Assembly (NCBI GenBank): GCA_041687695.1
Contig: JAWLBL010000004.1
Location: forward strand, 32,001-96,000
Direction: 5' to 3'
DNA length: 64,000 bases
Source of the DNA: Myxococcota bacterium
GTDB lineage: Bacteria; Myxococcota_A; UBA9042; PHBI01; JAWLBL01
In this document: positions 45,969 to 64,000 of the stretch, one piece after another
Layout: each line of letters starts with the position of its first letter
Numbering within the stretch: position 1 is the first letter of the stretch
Position numbers and translations under genes: made by a program
The notes under the pieces: generated by a model
The model's input: the letters and a program-made list of their open reading frames with translations, nothing else
Databases searched by the model: none
Told to the model about the DNA's origin: nothing

Positions 45969-48746
45969 TCAGCGCTCGAGCAGGGCGGGGACCGGCGCGT
46001 CGCGGAGATCCGGCGCCTCCCAGCCCGGGCCGAAGAAGCCGCCGGCCAGGGCGACGCGCGGGTCGAGCACGCGGTTCCAGAACTCGGCCCGCATGCGGGC
46101 GTCGTAGACCAGGAAGTCGGGGACGTGCTCGGGCAGATAGCGCGCCGAGAGGGTGCCTTCGGCGGTCACCCCGGCGTGCAGGACGACGTACTGGTCGGGG
46201 TCGAAGGGGCTGGAGTGGATGAGCGAGACGCCCACGTCGGCGCCGGCGAAGCGGCGGCCGCCGAGGGTCAGGGCGTCGGGCTCGAAGCGGACCGGCAGGC
46301 GGTCGGCGACGCTGGCCGTGACGGCGTTCGAGGCGGGGTTGCCGACCAGGACGACGCCGCGGCCGGTCAGGTCGTCGGGGCGGACCTCGGTGTCGGCCAG
46401 CACCGGCATGCGCAGGTCCGCCCAGGGGCTGTAGGCGCGCAGGGCCTCGGCCGTCAGGCGGTTGGCCTCGGTCTGGGCCGGGTCGCGGGTGCCGTAGACG
46501 ACCACGAAGGGTCGGTACCACAGGTCGTCCAGTGGACCCGACACGCCGTGGCGCTTGCGGCCGCGCGCGTCGGGTGGGGCGTCGGCGAAGGCCCAGGCGC
46601 CGTCGGCGCGGACCAGGTGGAGCGGCGCGTCGCCGGCGCGCTCGGGCAGCGCGTGGCCGTCGACGACGAGCGCGAGGCGCTCGAGCGGGCTCGCGGCCAT
46701 GCGCGGCGCGTCCAGGGTCAGGGCGGCGACGTTGGTGGTGCGGACGGTCACGCGCGCGCCGGCGCGGCGTGCGTCCACCTCGGCGTGGCGCAGCGGGTCG
46801 GCGATGACGTCGAGGCGGACCCAGTGGCTGCGGTCGTAGCGGTACGAGCCCGTCCTCAGGCGCACCGACGCCGGGTGGGCGGGGACGCGCCGGGAGGCCA
46901 GCCAGCCGAGCAGCTTGCCGTCGGCGTAGGCGTAGTCCCAGACGTTGTGGCCGAGGTCGGGGACGTCCAGCTGCGCGTCGTAACCCAAGCGCGCATAGCG
47001 GTCGGCGACGCCCTTGGAGCGGAACGGGCCGTCGCGGCGGCCGTGCACGATGCGCAGCGGCAGGTGCAGGCCGCTCTCGACGTGGTTGGCGATGTCCTTG
47101 AGGGCCAGCAGGGGGCCCTCCCAGGGGTGCTTGCGAGCGCCGCGGACGGCCGTGGCGGTCTGGATGTTGGGGTAGCCGCACAGCGGGGCCGCCGCCGCGA
47201 AGCGATCCGGGTGGTGAAGGGCGGCCGTGAAGGCGACCGTGCCACCCAGCGAGAAGCCGGTGATGGAGACGCCGCGCGGGTCGACGCGGTAGGCGGCGCG
47301 GACCTCGTCGACGACCCGCAGGACGTCGAGCTCGCCAGGGGGACGGTGGCCGACGTCGCCGTAGCCGGAGGGGGCGACGACCAACGCGCGGGCGTGGCGG
47401 ATGGGGGTGGTCAGGACGTCGTAGTCGTCGCCGGGGCGGGTGGGGACGCCGGCCGTGATGCGCAGCGTGTCCTCGGGCGAGTAACCCAGGCCGTGGGAGG
47501 CGACGACCAGGGGGAAGTCGCGGTCGGGGCGGCGCGCGTAGGCGGGCGGGACCCACAGGACATAGGGGCGGAGCTGGCCGTCGAGCTCGGAGACGTAGGC
47601 GCGGGTGACGACGCCGGTGCGGTCGCTCCAGGGGGGGCGGCCGGCCTCGGCGGCCGTGACGAGGGCGTCGAGCTCGTCGAGGCGGCGTCGGAGGCGGTCG
47701 GCCGTGTCGGGGGCGGCGTCGGGGGCCGTCAGCAGGGCGGCGAGGCGCCGGCGCAGCAGGGCGAAGCTGGCGCGGTCGCCGGCGGTGAGGGGGGCGGCGT
47801 CGGGCAGGGCGTCGAGGCGCGCCGTCAGCGCGTGGAAGCGGGCGAGGGCGTCGGGGCGCGGGCGGAGCTGCAGGGTGGCGCAGGGGGCGCCGTCGACGCG
47901 GAGGGTGACGGTCACGGGATCGGGGGTGTCGGCGGTGAGGTCGGCGGTCAGCGGGGGCCAGGGGAAGGGGGCGTCGTGGGCGGCGAGGAGCTGGCTGGGG
48001 GTCGCGGGGCCCTCGAGGGTGAGCGCGACCCGGCGGGGGGCGGCCCAGGCGGCGGGGACCAGCCCGGAGGCGGCGAGGCGGCCGTGGACGGTGAAGCCGG
48101 CGGGGGAGGGGGCGGCGGTCAGGGTCGGCGTCAGGGTCGCGCAGGCGTCGTCGGCGACCGTTGGCGCCGCGGCGGGGAGGGACCAGGCGAGCCCCGCGGG
48201 GGGCTGGTTGTCGGGCGTGCGGACGCGCAGGGCGAAGCGCAGCGGGCCGGGCGGGAGCTGCTCGAGGCGGACGACGACCTCATGGCGGCCGGCGGCCAGG
48301 TCGACGTCGACGTGGCGGTCGTCGAGCACGAGCCACTTGGGGTCGATCGAGGTCGCGACGCGGACGCCGTCCACCCACAGGTCCATGCGGCCCGAGACGC
48401 TGCTGCGCAGGCGGTAGGTCCCCGGGGCGGCGACGTGGAGATCGGCGGCGAGCAGGTGCACGCGGGTCGGGTCGCGCTTTCGGGCGCGGCGGGCGGGCTC
48501 GAGGTCCAGGGCGGGGCCCGGCGCGGCCAGCACGCGCCACGACGCGGACGGGACGGCGGCCACGAGGGCGTCGACGGGGCCATCGGGGCCGGCGCCGGCC
48601 GGGTCGGTCAGCGGGCCGGTGGCCAGCCAGCGGTTGACGAAGCCTTCGGGCGTGGGCGACCAGCGCGCGGCGTCGTCCGCGGCAGCGGAGGGCCGCGGCG
48701 CGAGCGCCACGAGGGCGAGCAGCCATCCGAGGGCGAGCCACCGCAT
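45969..48746 (-). CDS. Secreted alpha/beta-hydrolase (esterase/prolyl-oligopeptidase-like) with N-terminal beta-sandwich (925 aa)
   Basis: Signal peptide; WLATGP..LWVDG..LAAGRHEVVV beta module; PLVVASHG, nucleophile elbow GFSLGG, IVHGRRD, GHNVW. Confidence 0.82.
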   Translation of the reverse strand: MRWLALGWLLALVALAPRPSAAADDAARWSPTPEGFVNRWLATGPLTDPAGAGPDGPVDALVAAVPSASWRVLAAPGPALDLEPARRARKRDPTRVHLLAADLHVAAPGTYRLRSSVSGRMDLWVDGVRVATSIDPKWLVLDDRHVDVDLAAGRHEVVVRLEQLPPGPLRFALRVRTPDNQPPAGLAWSLPAAAPTVADDACATLTPTLTAAPSPAGFTVHGRLAASGLVPAAWAAPRRVALTLEGPATPSQLLAAHDAPFPWPPLTADLTADTPDPVTVTLRVDGAPCATLQLRPRPDALARFHALTARLDALPDAAPLTAGDRASFALLRRRLAALLTAPDAAPDTADRLRRRLDELDALVTAAEAGRPPWSDRTGVVTRAYVSELDGQLRPYVLWVPPAYARRPDRDFPLVVASHGLGYSPEDTLRITAGVPTRPGDDYDVLTTPIRHARALVVAPSGYGDVGHRPPGELDVLRVVDEVRAAYRVDPRGVSITGFSLGGTVAFTAALHHPDRFAAAAPLCGYPNIQTATAVRGARKHPWEGPLLALKDIANHVESGLHLPLRIVHGRRDGPFRSKGVADRYARLGYDAQLDVPDLGHNVWDYAYADGKLLGWLASRRVPAHPASVRLRTGSYRYDRSHWVRLDVIADPLRHAEVDARRAGARVTVRTTNVAALTLDAPRMAASPLERLALVVDGHALPERAGDAPLHLVRADGAWAFADAPPDARGRKRHGVSGPLDDLWYRPFVVVYGTRDPAQTEANRLTAEALRAYSPWADLRMPVLADTEVRPDDLTGRGVVLVGNPASNAVTASVADRLPVRFEPDALTLGGRRFAGADVGVSLIHSSPFDPDQYVVLHAGVTAEGTLSARYLPEHVPDFLVYDARMRAEFWNRVLDPRVALAGGFFGPGWEAPDLRDAPVPALLER

Positions 48747-48805
48747 CGGGCCCAGTATCGGACGGGGCGCCCGGCGAGGCAACGAAGGCGCCGTGGCGGG
48801 GCGGC

Positions 48806-49768
48806 TCAGCCTTCGCAGGTGAAGGACTGGACGAGCCACTCCTCGGGGGCGCCGTCGCCGTCCCGGTCGGTGTCCCAGCGCAACAGGCGACCGTCGTCGT
48901 CGTAGGTGTAGACGGTGGTCTCGTCGACGACGCCGTCGGCGCCCTTGTCGAGGCTGACGGAGGCCTTCTGGCCGTCGTCGCGCCAGGCGTAGGTGATCCG
49001 CTCGTCGGGCTTGCCGTCGGCGCCGTGGTCGACCGTCTCGGTCGCGAGGCGTCCCTTCGCGTCGTAGGTGTAGGCGGTCACGAACTCCTGGGTGAAGTGC
49101 GCGATGGCCAGGGACTCCTCCTTGCGCACGAGCAGGCCGCTGGCGTCGTAGGCGTAGCTCCGCACCAGCTCGGGCGCGGACTGTCCGGCGCCGAAGACCT
49201 CTTCGGTCGTCAGACGGCCGGCCTCGTCGTACGCGAAGGCGACGCGGTGGTCGACGACGCCGTCGAGGTCGGCGTCGTACTCGATCGACCGCTGTCGGCC
49301 GGCGCCGTCCCACGTGATGCGCTTCTCGGCGTCGTCGGTGCCGTCGGCGCCGCGGTCGATGCGCTCGACGACGACGCGCCCCTGGCCGTCGCGCTCGAAG
49401 GTCGTGCGCTCGATGGCCTCGAGCGGGTCGCCCTCGGCGCGCTCGAGCGTGGCCAGGTGCCCGGCGTCGTCGTAGGTGTGGGTCAGGGTGTGGTCGCGGT
49501 AGGGCTGCGCCGGGAAGCGGACGTGCTCGACGGCGAGGCGGTCCTGGTCGTCGAAGGTGCGCGTCGTCACGCGCGCGGGCGCCTCGGCCCCGTCCTTCCA
49601 CTGCTCCACCGAGCAGGCGAGCGGGATCGGCGCGGGCGCGTCCGGGACGTCGCCCACCACGTCGCCGGACCCATCGTCCGGCGCGCTCGACCCGGAGGCG
49701 TCGCACCCGGCGGCGACGGCCGCGGCGGCGAGGGCGATCGCGAGGGCGAGGGCGGTGCAGCGCATCAT
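48806..49768 (-). CDS. Lipoprotein with YD-like repeats carrying DxxxDGxxD loops
   Basis: Lipobox AAG-C; repeats TYDDAG, AYDEAG, TYDAKG and DRGADGTDD, DADLDGVVD, DHGADGKPD, DKGADGVVD, DRDGDGAPE. Confidence 0.8.
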   Translation of the reverse strand: MMRCTALALAIALAAAAVAAGCDASGSSAPDDGSGDVVGDVPDAPAPIPLACSVEQWKDGAEAPARVTTRTFDDQDRLAVEHVRFPAQPYRDHTLTHTYDDAGHLATLERAEGDPLEAIERTTFERDGQGRVVVERIDRGADGTDDAEKRITWDGAGRQRSIEYDADLDGVVDHRVAFAYDEAGRLTTEEVFGAGQSAPELVRSYAYDASGLLVRKEESLAIAHFTQEFVTAYTYDAKGRLATETVDHGADGKPDERITYAWRDDGQKASVSLDKGADGVVDETTVYTYDDDGRLLRWDTDRDGDGAPEEWLVQSFTCEG

Positions 49769-49978
49769 GGCTCCGTGGCGGGCCGCCTGGCCGGGCGGCC
49801 GAGTCGGCGAAACCTACAGGCCGGGGCGCTCCATGCCAAGCGCCGTTCCCGCAAACGAACCGGCCCTGGCGCGGTCACAGATTCGACGGCCCGACCGATC
49901 CCCGCGGCCTCGCGGGCGTGCTATACGGGGGACATCGCTTCGAAGACCGCCCCCCGCTCGCCTGCCAGGCGCCCCCCT

Positions 49979-50060
49979 GCGCCCGGTCACGAGTCGCGTT
50001 GCGCGCCCAGTCACGAGCCGCGTTGCGCGCCCAGTCACGAGCCGCGTTGCGCGCCCCGTC
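49979..50060 (+). repeat. 24-bp tandem repeat, about 3.4 copies (GCGCCCAGTCACGAGCCGCGTTGC)
   Basis: Copies at 49979-50002 (2 mismatches), 50003-50026, 50027-50050, and a partial copy at 50051-50060; no spacers. Confidence 0.9.
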
Positions 50061-50091
50061 GGCCACGCTGGTCCGAGGATCCCACGGCACC

Positions 50092-56826
<6,735 letters not shown>

Positions 56827-56827
56827 C

Positions 56828-63505
<6,678 letters not shown>

Positions 63506-63661
63506 CGCCCTCGGCGGTGCCCCCGGTGTGGGGATCGGTTGGCCCGCGGCCGCGTCGTCCACGGCCGCGGGCCAACCGCGAGTCCGGCCACCGACGTCGC
63601 TCACCCCCCTGACCGGAGCGACGTGGCGCCCGAGCTCGACTACGCAGAGCCCGGGTGGGGC

Positions 63662-64000
63662 TCAGCCTCCCGGCGCTGGGTCGAGACCCAGCTGACGGAG
63701 CAGCCCCAACGTGTCCCAACACGCGTGCTGCTCGATGAACTTGCCCTCCTGGACGCGGAAGAGGACCGCGCCCGAGACATCCGCCGACCGCCCGGTCGGC
63801 GCGAGCCCCAGCAGGGGGCCCCGGTGGGTGACGAGGCTGCGCCAGCGCGCCGCCCCGCGGTGGCCGTCGACGATGACGTCCTCGATCGAGACCCGGAGAT
63901 CCGGGAACGCCTCGCGGTAGAGGGTCACGAGCCGCGCGACACCTTCGGGTCCGAAGGGCTGGTCGGGCACGAACGGGTCGTAGGCCACGAAGCGCTCGGC
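63662..64000 (-). CDS. SnoaL-like/ester cyclase (NTF2-like) protein; 5' end beyond the window
   Basis: GPEG..YREAFPDL..IEDVIVDG..RW..THRG..G.APTGR..G..F..WDTLGLLRQLG. Confidence 0.88.
   Translation of the reverse strand, partial: AERFVAYDPFVPDQPFGPEGVARLVTLYREAFPDLRVSIEDVIVDGHRGAARWRSLVTHRGPLLGLAPTGRSADVSGAVLFRVQEGKFIEQHACWDTLGLLRQLGLDPAPGG

Noticed and set aside
48806..49768. Rhs/YD polymorphic toxin
   Set aside because: Only 320 aa, with a lipoprotein signal, no PxxxxDPxG core, no toxin domain and no immunity gene.
49823..49840. Sigma-54-like TGGCATG upstream of the YD-repeat gene
   Set aside because: No GC at the required -12 spacing.
49979..50060. Possible CRISPR array
   Set aside because: The repeats are directly adjacent with no spacers, and there are no cas genes in the window.

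Overview
Very GC-rich bacterial DNA whose gene content (sigma-54 enhancer-binding proteins, Ser/Thr kinases, TPR-PEGA protein, giant Cys-rich lipoproteins) looks like Myxococcota; the taxonomy is an inference. I call about 31 genes and see no rRNA, tRNA, CRISPR or IS element. From left to right: (1) an acetate kinase fused to a PduL-type domain, running off the left edge and absent from the ORF track; (2) an NtrC-type two-component locus interrupted by an opposite-strand membrane protein with an iodothyronine-deiodinase-like domain; (3) a sigma-54 promoter with a paired palindromic enhancer ahead of two giant acidic repeat lipoproteins, followed by an RCC1-like remnant; (4) a Ser/Thr kinase, TPR-PEGA, FHA-bEBP cassette whose activator has DYPNPG in place of GAFTGA; (5) a sigma-54 two-gene operon resembling a split vitellogenin/MTP-like lipid-transfer protein; (6) a porin, PHP metallohydrolase, GlpT-like MFS operon that may scavenge organophosphates; (7) assorted signalling and envelope genes; (8) a tandem pair of ~2,200-aa STK-ATPase-GAF-PAS-HK-REC hybrids, the second of which has lost all three ATP-binding sites but keeps its phospho-His and phospho-Asp. 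All calls come from reading motifs by eye; no database searches were run.
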